Of a stretch of 64,000 bases of DNA, positions 10,141-23,428 are shown piece by piece. Position numbers and translations under genes: made by a program. Origin of the DNA: Glaucostegus cemiculus. Taxonomy: Eukaryota. Under the pieces are notes generated by a model. That model worked only from the letters and a program-made list of their open reading frames with translations, was not told the DNA's origin and did not search any database. The stretch is taken from assembly GCA_976551045.1 (NCBI GenBank), contig CDPCPM010000078.1, forward strand, positions 6,634,001 through 6,698,000, written 5' to 3'. Position 1 is the first letter of the stretch. The number at the start of each line of letters is the position of its first letter.

Positions 10141-13100
10141 GATGTTAATTAACATTAATCATCCTCATAGCTGATGTCTCTGATGCACAAGGAATGTGTT
10201 CTGCTGTTTGGTCCCCACAGTGGCTGCTGACAGCCTTACTGCAAATATTACTCAATATTAATATTGCTAAAATAATTCCAAAAGATTCAAAATGCTGACT
10301 TATTTAAAACTATTAAAACATAATAATTAAAATGTGCAGTTAGGTGATCAAAAGGTAGGGTTTCCAAACACATATGGCCATCATCGATCACACCTTTCCT
10401 TCCTCATTGCAGCTTTCCCCTCACAAACCAGCAACCACAATACTGGGAAGAAATACAAAGTCAGCAAAATAGGTACACAAACCTGAAGAATATGTTTTTA
10501 TTACGAGTTCATTGCTTGAATTGCAAAATAAATCACATATGCCTTTTCAAAAGCAAAAGTTTTAAATAGAATTACACCAAGTACTCATTATTCTGTGAGA
10601 GAGATAGAACTGCTAGAATATGCATGGTACGGTACTGATGAACAAAGATGCTGAAAACTCTTAATTAAATTCAATATTACCTCAAATTTGGCTTTGTGTT
10701 GGCTTACACTTAAATTAGCACAAAGCTTCCATCAGACAGAACACCAACACAAAATATTTGAAAAGTGAAACCGAATGCTCATGTGCTTTGAAGTAAAGAT
10801 AAGTCCAAAAACAAGTCCTTTGTGAGTAGTAAAATGGAATAATTTTAAAAGCTTTGTTGTTCAACAAACTGCTTACATGTAAAAGAATCCAAAGTGCTCC
10901 TCCACTTGGCTAAACTGGAATCAATAACAGACTACAAAAAAAACCAGACATTTATGCTCAATAAAAGGACACATTCTTATAAAGTGCTTTGCAGATCAAA
11001 TAAAATACCGTAAGTTTTGAAACCATGAGATGGTATATGCTTGTTTTTATTCTTCCTACAAATAGCTCAAAACACCGATTCTAGCACAGTCTACACCTTT
11101 TAACTATCTTCTCACACAGCAAAAATAAATCTATTCAAATAGCATTAAAGTGGTCTGTTTACTTACATCATGTTATTAGAGATAACCGGTTCCATTTATA
11201 AAAAATATTGCTTTCATTTAGCACCATGGAAGAATTGATTTTCATTCTCATTAAAGCCAATAAATATCATTAAGAGTCAATGAAGTTTATAATTGGGAGA
11301 GGGCTGTGATATTTGATGCGTTATGAAATTTTTAATCAAATTGGTAAGACTTCTCAATCCTTGTAGTTTCTATTAACAATCAAAATAGTTTACTTCCTTG
11401 CTAACAAGAGTGTGCAGTGGTCATCTCACTTTCATATTTAGGTCACCGGTTAACACCAACACTATATTCTACCCTTTGTGATATCATGCAGTCACAATTT
11501 TAGGTTCATCTTAAAGCACTGTTCACTTGGTCTTTAAATTAATAATCCGCCATCTTCCAATTTCATGTTGCCAGTAGAAATCTTCACAAATGATTATGTT
11601 ATCAGCTCCTTTGCTATTTTCCTCGTAATTCCATTTCAGAACTGTTGGCCAGCTCTGTTTTCTGCTCCGTGATTTTTCATTTTCACCAAAGAATCACAAA
11701 GATTCTATCAGATTTCATGACAAATTCCTATACAGAGGAAACTAGCTGGGATCCTGGGTTCCACATTGCTAAAATATATTATTGTGGAAAAAATGAGTGA
11801 AAGCAACTACGGTTTGTCTGTGATGCCCTTTGCAGAGGCATAATCAATCAAAAGCCTGTTGGACTTCGAACCAGAAGGTAGAAAAAGGAATGTGAAATTA
11901 TCCATCAGCCAGCTTCAACATCATCCATGTGGTAGATAAAACCAGACAAAAAGAAAGAGATTTTGATCCTTCATAATAACCTCCACATTCAATACAAATT
12001 AACCATGTTCAACCTTGTCCTTGTGGCAAGTTTGATCCCATTTGCCCAATTAACTCACACCAATAGTCATGCAACCTGGTGGGACTGTGCATGTGCACAC
12101 TGAGCATTAAACACAAAAGGCACCAGTGTGCTATGTTTTATGGCATTCCATGTTACAGAGGAAAATTGGGGTGTTAGGTAAGTGAAGTAATATTGCTTAA
12201 ATCCATTTTGTCCACAAAAAGCATTGCAGAAATGCAGTCTCAAATAAAAATGCATGACTTTTTTCATTGTATACAAAGTTTAATCTTACCAATTATAGTC
12301 CAGTTAAAATTCGACATACCCCAAAGTGGTTATTCCCAGAAAAAGGACAAGTCTTCTGTCATTTTTAGTGGGTACCTCACAGTGCTTTCATGTCAGAATC
12401 TATGTATTGAAGTTCTTGTTTGAACATTTTGCATTAATGCAGAAATAGACAGTTGAAGAGACAATAATTCCAAACTGAATCAGAGTTTTATTAGCCTTCA
12501 TGAAAGTCAAATTCCTCAGGGATAATGAATATCTTCAAGTTAGATTCTTTGAACATAGTGAAGTTCCTTTGTCTTGCACTTCAATGGAGTTATGAACCTA
12601 GTTATTTGAAGCAAGGGAATTTCATAAAAATCCATCAAACAGTTGCATGCTAATATTTGTACAGGCCAATCTCAAGGTAAAAACAATCCTAATTACAATG
12701 CTCTTTTAAATCAGGAGTCTTTGCAGAGTTTGGCAAGGTTATGGTTGTGTCAAACTATTATCATTGAGCCAACTCCCCACCCCCACAAGAAAAGGAATTG
12801 TGGAAGATGACGAAAAATAAACTGAAACAAATAAAAGCAAGCCAATAAATTTAAAAACAAAATTGATTCATTCAATTAATACACTAATGTACATCTCATT
12901 GTAAATTGACCATCAGTCACCAATTAGAAATCCTGAAATCCAAATAATAAACTAAAATGCAACTTCAATAGTGGTCTAATTTTACCACAATTATTCACTC
13001 ATTAAACCATTACTTAACAAAAACATGTTCTTCAAGATAGTTGGAGGCAAAATACTAACTTTATTAGAAAAATGTTTGTGTTATTTTATGTTACTTTTAG

Positions 13101-13244
13101 TTTCACTTGAGAGAAAATTACACATTCAACATAAGTGTCTTGGTGACTGTTAAGGCAGCCAATTTAATTCTTAAATTTATAGATTTAAGCCTTGGTTTTC
13201 CAATTGCTGGATTTTATCATATTAAGTTCAATACAGAAACTATC

Positions 13245-13650
13245 ATGTTTCTGATGCTGGAGGTCACTATACCTGGTGTTGGTTGAAAAAGAGCTATCCA
13301 AACTAATCCTATCGGCTGTTCTAGCATTCGAAGTCCTGCAGGTCATGGCTTAACTATTGTTTCGATATGATGAGGTGGCTCTGCTTCAGTCACCCTTTCA
13401 GGTGGTGTTCCAAACTCCTACCACTTTTCACTTCTTTTACTCTGATTCAAGGTTCCTGGTTTTTACCCACTCCAATCAAGAAATAGGAGATTCCTCTTTC
13501 TGCGGTCCAAATCTTTCACAATCTTATATAGCTTAACTAAGTCTTCCCTCATCCTCATTTGTTCCAAAACAAAATGATGCTACCTAACCCAATCCTTTCC
13601 TACTAGCTATAATTTTGAAGTTCTTGGTAACTCGTAGTAAGTTTCTGCTT
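13245..13650 (-). mobile_element. Highly degenerate CR1 3' fragment
   Basis: ttccaaactcctaccac and aatcttatatagcttaactaagtcttccctcatcctc are reverse complements of CR1 ORF2 C-terminal motifs (RGDL..VYKI). Confidence 0.55.
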
Positions 13651-14119
13651 CAGTTTGAGGCACCAGATAAATAATTAAATACCATTTCATCTAAGTGGTT
13701 TCTCTGATTTATCAATTTATTCATAAAGCTGATTTTGTTTTGTGGAGTAGGATGAGAAACTTATTGCATATAATGGTCTGTATCTATGCTTCTTAATGTA
13801 TGACTCCTTTGTTCGTTTTAAAGAAATATGCAAGTGCATCTCATGAAGTGTTTTTGAACATACATTTAAAAATTATGCTTACCTTATTTCAGCATAACAC
13901 AGGGATAATTAAAAGCTGCTCCAACAACTTAAGAAGTTAGTTCTATTACAAAGGGTAAAGACACTGAATGGAAATTTGTTTTTGGACACCTGCCCTAAAT
14001 GTGTAGTATGAGAGTCCAACCTTGGATGAGTAGTAGCTTTTACCAGCTAAAATTTTTGAAACCTAAAATCAGCACTTTCAATCCCTCTCATAAATTTTTG
14101 CATCCTCATCACCAGCACC

Positions 14120-14315
14120 ATCCCTGCTTTGTTTGATTGAACAGGCTATTTGTATCATGGTACATTATCTGACCTAGACTGAGCTTTCTACCAGATATCC
14201 TCTCCCACACAAAGAAGAACACCATCTGCTATCTCCATTTCCAATTGTGCTCTTCTGCTGCTAAGCTCTTTACTCATGCCATTGACAGTCCTCTAATACA
14301 TTTCTCCAAAGCTTC
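14120..14315 (+). mobile_element. Degenerate L2 ORF2 C-terminal fragment
   Basis: gacctagactgagctttctaccagatatc ... tcttctgctgctaagctctttactcatgcc resembles DPELSF.PHI ... SSAAETLIHAF. Confidence 0.45.
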
Positions 14316-15179
14316 TATTGAACACATGTAAACGTACACTTTCTCAATAACATTTTTACCCAAGGATGACTTTAGTGCAGGAATTGGCATTAGTTAGTGT
14401 TTTGGGTCATCCTAATGCTGTTTGTGAAAGTAACAAAGTAAGTCTCCCTGTGTAATGCTGCACTAAAATTGATATTGCTGGTTTCAATGCAGCACTCTTT
14501 ATTGATGTGTGGCAAGTTCTTTCAGCTATCACCAATTAACTCAGTATATGCAATCTTTCCAAGTCATCCTTAAAGGGGCACATCACTGTGCAAATAACAC
14601 TCTTGCAGCCACTGGGGAATGAGGCTACTAAACGAATGGATTTTGCAGAGATGGAAGAGGTGTGGAAGAATGCTCCCAGGTATCAGGGGAACTGGAAGTG
14701 TCTGCAAGAAGCACATGTTTTGTGAGCCGGTACCATGGAGACCCTCCAAGGTAATATCTAGCTGGTTGCTAGGGGAGGTCACTGTAATGTCATGGGTGCA
14801 GTGTTTGTTGTTGGGGGAAGCCTGCCATTGATGCCACTGACCATGCCTACACCTGTGAACAAAAGGGCAAGTAGATGGAATCTCCTCTCCCTGAACAAAG
14901 TCCCTAATGGGGAAAATGAGATGAAAAATTTTCTGACAGCTGTTAAATCACCCAGTAAACTGATCCCTTAGACTGTTATTCAGGCTCCCACATTGTTATT
15001 TTTTTCAATTAAATCAATGCACAGTGCACCCTATGTGATGGATTGGCAGAATTTTAATCCCAATTTTAGAATGTCCTTTATATATCAAGTATTTTACATG
15101 AGCAACATCTTTTTTGCCAGGGCATGCAAACAAATTAAAATGAATATCTTATCTAATACTTAGATATCTTACCTAATGG

Positions 15180-15478
15180 CAACACAGGAGGAGGCCATTC
15201 TGCCCAATAGGTCCATGCCAGCTTGCAGGGGAGAAATCCCATTAGCTCTACTTCTCTTATTTCCCAATTCCCCTGCACTTTATTCTCTCTCTTTCTCATG
15301 CTCATCAGCTCCCTTTTTATTCTTCTTGCCATTAATCTACACTAATGGGTAACTTGCAGTAGCCAATTAACTATCAGCACGTCTTTGGAATGCGGGAGGA
15401 AACCCATGCAGTCACTGAGAGAGTGTAAAAACTCTGCACCCAAGGTCAAGATTGAAGCTGGGTCACTGAAGCTATATA
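15180..15478 (-). mobile_element. tRNA-derived V-SINE with CR1-type tail
   Basis: V-domain cacgtctttggaatgcgggaggaaacccatgcagtcac; CR1-like tail acaggaggaggccattctgccc. Confidence 0.75.
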
Positions 15479-16819
15479 ATATAAGTCTTTAAAAAAATGA
15501 AACAATTGTTCAGCTTACCTACTATCATTACAAAAATATATGGCTCTCAAAGTATTTTCTGTTCACAACCATTGCTGCATGCCTTCACTGTGCAGGCTGC
15601 ATTCTATCCGTTTAACTTTATGGGATAGAAAGTGGCACTCACTCAATGTTTACTGCAAACAGATATAGATCTGAAAGGCAGCTGTTGAAATAATACTTGT
15701 GTTGTTGGTGTCATGTATAAGATGTTCTATTTATTGGGTTCATAGCGTGGGCAATGCCTCAAACAGAAGCTTCTGTCAGAGGTGAGAGTTATGTAAGTCT
15801 TTCAGGAAATGAGCCTGAAAGAACTATGTCCGGAAACCAATTTGGATTAAACAGAGGCAGGAGTACTACTATTAGCTGACCTAGATAATCTTCAATGCAA
15901 ACTTACAAAGTTGAGCAAAGAAATTGTTAGTTATTTAGTAAGGTGAATAGCAGTGTTCATTCACATTTTTAAAAAAATATTTAGCCAGTAAATTCTGTAC
16001 TTGAAGCCACATATTCCAAACATATTCTTGTGCTTTATAATGAAATATAATCATTGAACATTAAAATCTAAAGCACAAAACAACTTTGAGAAAGGACACC
16101 CAAAAACCTATGACCCATGTTTTCCTCTGAAAGATACATGAGATTGCATAAAGTCCTGTCCTCTCAAATTTGTAAGAAGGGCACAAAAACAAAAATCCCC
16201 TTAATTATAAATGAACAGAACTGCTGAATATGATTCCCTGAATAACAGAAGTATAGAGTCATGTAGAACCAAAATAAAACCAGACTTATTTCAGTCACAC
16301 TCAAACAGAGGCTGCAGTTATTTGTAAACTCTGGCAAGACACCAATGTGTACTTTCTCATTATTGCAACAGCCAGAATCTCCAATGACATATAAAGAGCA
16401 GCACAAGTATTACTGAAAATAAATGGACATTAAAAACTACAGAAATCTCCAACAGGGGCATAACAATCAGGGACACCAACTTAAATCTCTTAATATTCTA
16501 CTTGCAATTGAGGTATTTCTCAACCTTAACGGTTAAGTATCTGGCCAGTTAAGAATTAGAAATAATACTTTTGCATATATTTAGTTTTTGATCTGAGTTT
16601 ATTTAACAACGAAGTTCAGACTGTGGGTGATGCCCAGTATGCAAAATGAGACATTGGAGTAGGAGCAGACTATTTGACCATTTCATCCAGCTCCACCATT
16701 AAATAAAATGAAGGCTGATCTGCCCCTTTAACTTCATCTTCCTACATTATGAGGCAAATAACACCTTCCATTTGTACAGGGTCTTAGACACAAATGACAC
16801 CTTCCATTTGTAAAGCATC

Positions 16820-17110
16820 TTTACTGCTGTTGAATAACCCAAGACTATTATCCCACATGACCTTTACCAGCCAAAATTAGACACCGTACCACATCAAGAG
16901 GTGATAATAAGGATGACAAGTTTGGTGAAAGCAGTGGCTTTAGAGTGTTAAAAGGAGTAAGAAGAGGCTGAAAGGTACAGGAAAGGAATTCCAGAGCTTA
17001 GAGTTTTGGCAGCTGAAATCACAGCTGCCAATAGCAGAGCTATTTAAATTGGGATTAATCCAATATTAGAGGAGACCAAGTACTTCCAAAGGTTATACAA
17101 CTGGAGTATT
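16820..17110 (-). mobile_element. Old L2-type 3' fragment
   Basis: aaattagacaccgtaccac ... ggaattccagagcttagag..ggcagctgaaatcacagctgccaat; similar to 6105-6400. Confidence 0.55.
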
Positions 17111-17587
17111 TTTCTGTAACACATAACTTCATTAATTCCCTCATTATCCAAAATTTAATAACCTTTGTTTTCAATGTACACAATAACTGATCATCCAAAA
17201 ATATTCTGTGGAAGAGGTTCGCAACCCACAATTAATAAGCTAATGAAAATCTTGTTAATTCAGAAATCACAATTTCTGCAAAACTGAATATATACAGTAT
17301 ACCTTAACTTTTGTTTTGCTTCACTTTCTATGCAACTACAAGGGCAAAACAAAAAATGGCAAATGTCAGGGCTGGATATTCTGTGCTGTGCAATGTTTCT
17401 GTTCATGCTTTGCAAATGAATTTTATCTGAAGCCTTATTTCTTCATGGAGTGACACAGGGGTAAGCCTCTACTGCAGCATTAGTCAAAGAGGGTTAACTC
17501 TGTGCCACTGCAGGCAAGTGCAATACAGCAGTCATTTTCCAGATTTGCCTGCCTTCAAAAGTATTTTCCTCCATGTTCACTCATATC

Positions 17588-18041
17588 TCAGAGAACTGTG
17601 AATGCAGCCCAGTCCATTACGCAAACCAGCCTCCACTCCAATGACTCCATCTACACTTCCTGCTGTCTTCGGAAAGCAGCCAACATAATCTTTGACCCAT
17701 CCCACTCTGGACATTCTCTCTTCACCCTCGCGCCCCCCCCCCCCCAATCGAACAGAAGGTACAAAAGCCTGAGAACATGTACCACCAGAGTCAAGAACAA
17801 CTTCTTTCCCACTGTTATCAAACTCTTGAATGGACTTCCCACGCACTAAAGATGAATTCTTGATCTCCCAATCTACCTCGTCATGGCCCTTGCACTTTAT
17901 TTGTTTACCTGCACTACACTTTCTCTGTAGCTGCATTGTTTTCTTTTATTACCTAGATGTACTTATGGATGGCATGATCTTCCTGGATGGCACAATAAAG
18001 TTTTTTTCCACTGTATCTCAGTACATGTAATAAACTAATAC
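17588..18041 (+). mobile_element. Rex1/Babar-type LINE 3' fragment
   Basis: QRTVNAAQSITQTSL..IYTSCCLRKAANIIFDPSHSGHSLF..RRYKSLRTCTTRVKNNFFPTVIKLLN, then a 3' UTR ending aataaactaatac. Confidence 0.9.
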
Positions 18042-19171
18042 ATTCCTGCATATTCCCAATTGACATTGAGTGGTTAATAAACTGACCACTCAAACCCCAC
18101 CTGAACAGCCTAATCGTGTGTTCACTCATCATGACCGTGTACCCATCCAACACACTGCCCAACTTGCCCCATTCCCCACCCCACCCATCATCATCCAATC
18201 AAGTGTCCTGATGCCTGCCCCTTGCTCGATACCCCTCCATGCCCTTCCCCCTTCGATGATCCTAATGACCTGACTTCAGACCCACCCAACCACCTGCTGG
18301 TCTCTATCTGCTCACCATCATGATCCACGCCTACCCATGCACTTCTACCAGCTACACAAACTCCTAATAGAGTTTATCTGCCCAAGGGCCTCACACAAAA
18401 CTGCCTCGAGACACCGACATAATGGCATACCATCCATCATTTCAGACATGGAACTCACTAATTTATTCCCCCAGGTTTCCTGATAATACAAAGTCATAAA
18501 AGATGGTAATGGTTAACAAGTCCACTTTTTTTTTTAAAAAAAGAACTCAATTCAATCAGGGAAAAAAATCCAAACACTTAATGTCAACGCCCATGCATGA
18601 AATGTTGTAACCCAACAGCCATGAAACATTCCATTTTACTACTTCTATATCCCAACAAATGTGGGTCTTATGGCACTTATTGAAGGTAGAATTCAGATAA
18701 AAATTAACTTAGAAAAGAGGTGTCTACCACTTCAGAACTGGGTACATGGCATAATAAGTGCTGGAATCATTACTTTACTCGGAAGTAGGAAGCTGCACCT
18801 GTTCCCATGCCAGTTCTTAGAAAAAAATATCCATTTATCCCAATTCATTCCAAAATATTCCATGACTGAGTTATCTTTTTTTTTACATAAAATTACCTTG
18901 AAAAAAAACTCTCCACCCCATCCTTTAGTAAAGTAAAAAATATGTTCTTTAGTTCCTGACTCACCAACCAGTGGAAATAGATTTATCTTGCTAGCTATCA
19001 ATTCTCTTTTAAGCCTGGTATTGTATCTTCAATTAAGCATTTCAAAAGGTCGAATATTTAAAAACACTCCATTTTTTTTGTCCAAAATCCCATGTTCTTC
19101 ATGAACTGCTTTAGGTAAAGTTCAGTTCAAACTGCTAGGGAACTGTGATGTTTGCAAAGTAACTTTTGTAC

Positions 19172-20119
19172 TAGTGTAGCCAGGCTCTGTTCCAACTCCA
19201 TCTACAAGTTTGCAGATGATACCACTGTTGTGGGCCGTATCTCCAACAGCGACGAGTCAGAGTACAGGAACGAGATAGAGAACTTAGTGGAATGGTGTCA
19301 TGACAACAACCTTTCCCTCAATGTCAACAAAACGAAAGAGTTAGTCATTGACTTCAGGAAAGGGGGTGGTGTACATGCACCTGTCTACATCAATGGTTCT
19401 GAGGTCAAGAGGGTTGACAGCTTCAAGTTCCTAGGTGTGAACATCAACAGCCTGTCCTGGTCTAACCACGTAGATGCCACAGCCAAGAAAGCTCAACAGC
19501 ACCTCTACTTCCTCAGGAGGCTGAAGAAATTTGGTATGTCCTCTTGGACTCTCACCAGCTTTTACCGGTACACCACAGAAAGCATCCTATCTGGTTGTAT
19601 CATAGCTTGGTATGGCAACTGCTCTGTCCAGGACCGCAAGAAGCCGCAGAGTTGTGGACACAGCCCAGTGCATCACAGACACCAGCCTCCCCTCCTTGGA
19701 CTCTGTCTTTACATTTCGTTGTCTTGGTGTAGCGGCCAGCATAATCAAAGACCCCACTCATCTGGGACATTCTCTCTTCTCTCCTCTTCCATCGGGTAGA
19801 AGATACAAGTGCCTGAGGGCACGCACCATCAGACTTAAGGACAGCTTCTTCCCCACTGTGATAAGACTATTGAATGGTTCCCTTATACTATGAGATGGTC
19901 TGTGCCCTTCACATTCTACCTTGTGTGACCTTGCACCTTATTGCGCTGCACTTTCTCTGTAGCTGTGACACTTTATTCTGTACTGTTACTGTTTTTACTG
20001 TAGTACTTCAATGCACTATGTAACTGCACTGTGCAATGAATTGACCTGTACGATCGGTTTGTAAGACAAGCTTTTCACTGTACCTTGGTACAAGTGACAA
20101 TAATAAACCAATACCAATA
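19172..20119 (+). mobile_element. 5'-truncated Rex1/Babar-type LINE (RT C-terminal half and 3' UTR), frameshifted
   Basis: IYKFADDTTVVGRI (RT catalytic motif), LNVNKTKELVIDFRK, FKFLGV, KKAQQHLYFLRRLKK; frameshift near 19650; tail aataaaccaataccaata. Confidence 0.95.
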
Positions 20120-20139
20120 ACTACGTCCAGTGACAGCTG

Positions 20140-20456
20140 TTTAGATATTGCTCACTACTTCAGCATCCTGGGGTTTGATCCTAACCTCCAAAGCTGTCTG
20201 TGTGGAGTTTGCAAGTTATGCCTGTGATCATGTGGGTTCCCCCAGGTTGCTCCACTTTCATTCCACATCCCATATACGTGTAGGTTGATAGGTTAACTGA
20301 TGACTATAAATGTACCCTTTCTATGTAGGTGAGAAGTAGAGTTTGGGAGGAGTTGGTGGGAATGAGGGGAAAATAAAATGGGACCAGTGTAAATAGGTTG
20401 CTTGATGATGTGGACTTGGTTCGCTGAAGGGCCTCTTTCCATGCTCTATGACTATA
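20140..20456 (+). mobile_element. tRNA-derived V-SINE with CR1-type tail
   Basis: B-box-like gtttgatcct, V-domain tgtctgtgtggagtttgca...tgtgggtt, tail gaagggcctctttccatgctctatgacta. Confidence 0.8.
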
Positions 20457-22117
20457 CTGCAGGCATATAAATATACTAAGACCCTTTTTCACCATTGTAA
20501 AGTGCTTAGGGCAAAATTTGGGGGCTGCACAAATGAGAGGAGGAGAACAAAATGGTTAAGAAACTATCAGGATAGTATAATTGATGTTTTTTCCTGCTAC
20601 ATGAGCAGAACCTGGCTTAATTCTGAATTTGTTTCAGCTTTCTGTAATCTTTGACTATAACCATGCTTGACAATGAAATATATCAACAAAACTCCAAAGT
20701 ACAACCACAAAACAAAACTAGAAAATTGTGCTTACAACAATTGAGTGACAATTAGGAATACATTAGATATGTCGGTGTAGATTTTAGTTTGATTAAGATG
20801 TTAGTTTTAATCTAAAGCCATTGCTTTTTAAAACAATAACAGTAGCATCATTTCTCATTCTGTATATTTCAAGTAATTCACTACACTGTTTTACTTTACA
20901 ATATTCCTTGGTAACTTAATTTAAGGAACTAATACATCACATAAACAACCTGACATTTTCTTAAAACAACAAAGTACAGGAAAATTGTTCTCCTAAATTT
21001 TGCTGAACATAGAATTTCCTCATTCAAGTAAATCAGAAGTCCATCAAGTACCAACTAAGTGGCACGCCACCCTGTAGATTATTTATAAAGATACAGAACT
21101 AATCTGATCTGAAGCCGTGAGAACTGCAGCAGGATCACACAGGCTCTGTTTATACTCTATTCCTGGTTTCAGATTTTACCCTGAGTTTGGTATGAAGTAG
21201 ATCTGGGCTTTGATGGAGTAAATATTAGTGCTGGGCATAGGCCAGTATTATTCTTGTTGTTTTACAAAATCCAACACTGAGGTATCTCAATTTATTTATA
21301 GCATTTAACTGATTTGTGGTGTACAAAACATTACAAGGATTAATATTTCTGAAAAAGACAAGGGATTAGAAATTCTAGTGGGCAATGTAATATACGAGTT
21401 ATTGCTTCTATGCACAATAATTTTTCCTGTAATACAACCACCTCTTTAAGGATGTTACAAGAATGTTCAGTGAGAAAAGTTCCAGAAGGAGTCTATTTGA
21501 AAGTAACCAACACTAAAATGCTGATTCTGTGAACTGTTTCATGAATAAAGTATACTTGTTGATAGTCTATAATTAAAATTATTTCCAGTAACTTAGAGAG
21601 TGAATGGGGAAAATATTGAGAAAGTGTCAGAAGTGGTGACTGATGAAATTTAGATACCATAGTTAAATAAGAATACAGAACGTCAGATAATGTCCCCCTC
21701 CTCCTCACCCATCCCCTGACCAAGATAACAGGTGAACATGCACTGAGATATAGGAAGCTGTGCGATTCAATGGAGTGACTGTACAATGGAACAAATGGAA
21801 TCACTACATTTTCAGGTGAGTAATAAGTTTGGAGAATGGAAAAAGTGAAGGTTGGAGTTCACTGTGTTTATTGAGCTGGCTATGGCAGATAAACCACAGG
21901 GGACAAAAAATAAAGATATTACAATATCTTATTGGTTACAAGGGGACAAACCTGTACCATGCTTTAAACTCCTCAAATGAGGCTCTGATGTATCACATGC
22001 ATAAAAACATGTTGCAACGTGCCTAGAAATGAAATGGTAGACCGTTAACCTTTCTTTTACATTCAACAAGAACTAAGAAATTCCTTTCTCTTTCCTAAAC
22101 TCACTTCTTTCAAAACA

Positions 22118-23055
22118 AACCTAAAATTGTTAGCAGATAATTGCAATTTCACAGATTTGACGGATCTGTTCATCAGATTGGATTATTTGTGGAATCTGGG
22201 AGTCTAGCCTGAGGGAACTGCTACTATGTGACTCAAAGTTAATCCTAGAAAAGTGTAAACAGAGATGCAAAGCTTCAGAGCTATTCAAAGGCAGATGAAA
22301 AATGTTGGATGACCAATAATAGGAAATACATGTGGCAAAGCATGAGGCAAAAGGCAGAAAAGGGGAAGTCTGCTTGTATTTTGCAAGGATTGTGGACATC
22401 AACAGGAGCAGGTGAAAAATAAATGCTCTGCATTAGGAAAAAGTCTACATAACATGCATCGTAAAATTATTTGTACAAGCCTTACGTGATGAAGAGGACA
22501 TCAGAGATCCATGGAGTGGAAAAGATGAGCTGAACAGAGAAAGGGTTGGATTCAGAGTTCTGGTTGAACACAATGCACGTGGTGTTAAACAAAGGCAATC
22601 TGTGAAAGAATGGGCTCTGGTATGTAGAGCTGGAGGGGGAGAGTTCACATTTAACCTGTTTCAGTACACCATTCAGTAGAAACTATTCGAGAAGAGTTCC
22701 ATTTTGTAACACACCACCAGAAGAATTTCAGCGAAGTTGATGTTGCACTGAATCTCTTCAGTGGGATAAAGATGACAGCAGATGATATTGGTCCGGAGAA
22801 GGAGAAGCAGAGAATGAAGCACAGTCAAACTATGGCTGATTGCTAATAGCCCTGATGCAGGCAGAAGAGAAATGAGCAAAATTTGAAGTTCATAGGTCAC
22901 TTCATATCTAAAACTGATCTGCACCCCGGACCACCAAAAGTCAAGACAGTGAAAGAGATGCTACACCCAAGAGATACTGCAGGAATGTAACACTTGAGGT
23001 ACATCAACTGTCTGAGACCAGAATAAAGCGCAAGTCACTCAGACAGCCAATCAAG
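22118..23055 (+). mobile_element. Collapsed Ty3/Gypsy LTR-retrotransposon gag-pol relic
   Basis: gag-like NLKLLADNCNFTDLTD / DWIICGIWESSLRELLLCDSKLILEKCKQRCKASEL; RT-like PEEFQR, GIKMTADDI (ADDI at 22778-22789), KFIGHFISKTDLHPGPPKVKTVKEM; many stops and deletions; no LTRs recognised. Confidence 0.75.
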
Positions 23056-23169
23056 AATGTAGAAATGATATTGGTGAGATACTCTTGATCGAGCAGCCAA
23101 ATATTTCAGGAGGTACATTCACAGCAGAGTCTACGTTGCAATACTCTTCTCGCATCAACAACAATCTTC

Positions 23170-23428
23170 ACTAATTCCCATACTAACTACCTTCGCTAAT
23201 TCCCATGCTAACCACCTCCACTAGGGGTAATTTACAGTGGCCAATTAATCTACCAATCAGCAGATCTTCAACAGGGCAGGGAAGGGGTAAGAAAACCAGA
23301 ATCCTTGCAGGACACCCATGTGGTCACAGAACAAACTCAACGCTGACACTTAACAGACCTAACCCAAGGTCATGATCAAAGATAAAACCTAGATCTCGAG
23401 CAGCAATAACCACTGCACTACTGTGCCT
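23170..23428 (-). mobile_element. Degenerate V-SINE
   Basis: actaggggtaatttacagtggccaattaatctacc ... acccatgtggtcacag ... ctgcactactgtgcc. Confidence 0.7.

Noticed and set aside
13883-13942. Minus-strand segment with a strong AAG|GTAAGC donor
   Set aside because: Stops in all three frames after the nearest acceptor.
14570-14860. GC-richer patch with faint Harbinger-like words (WLLG, AIDAT)
   Set aside because: Motifs too short and not in the expected order to support a call.
16755-16812. Short direct repeat aaat(a/g)acaccttccatttgta
   Set aside because: Only two copies at a TE junction; no array structure.
19152-19893. 215-aa and 93-aa ORFs as host genes
   Set aside because: They are the frameshifted RT of a truncated Rex1/Babar-type LINE.
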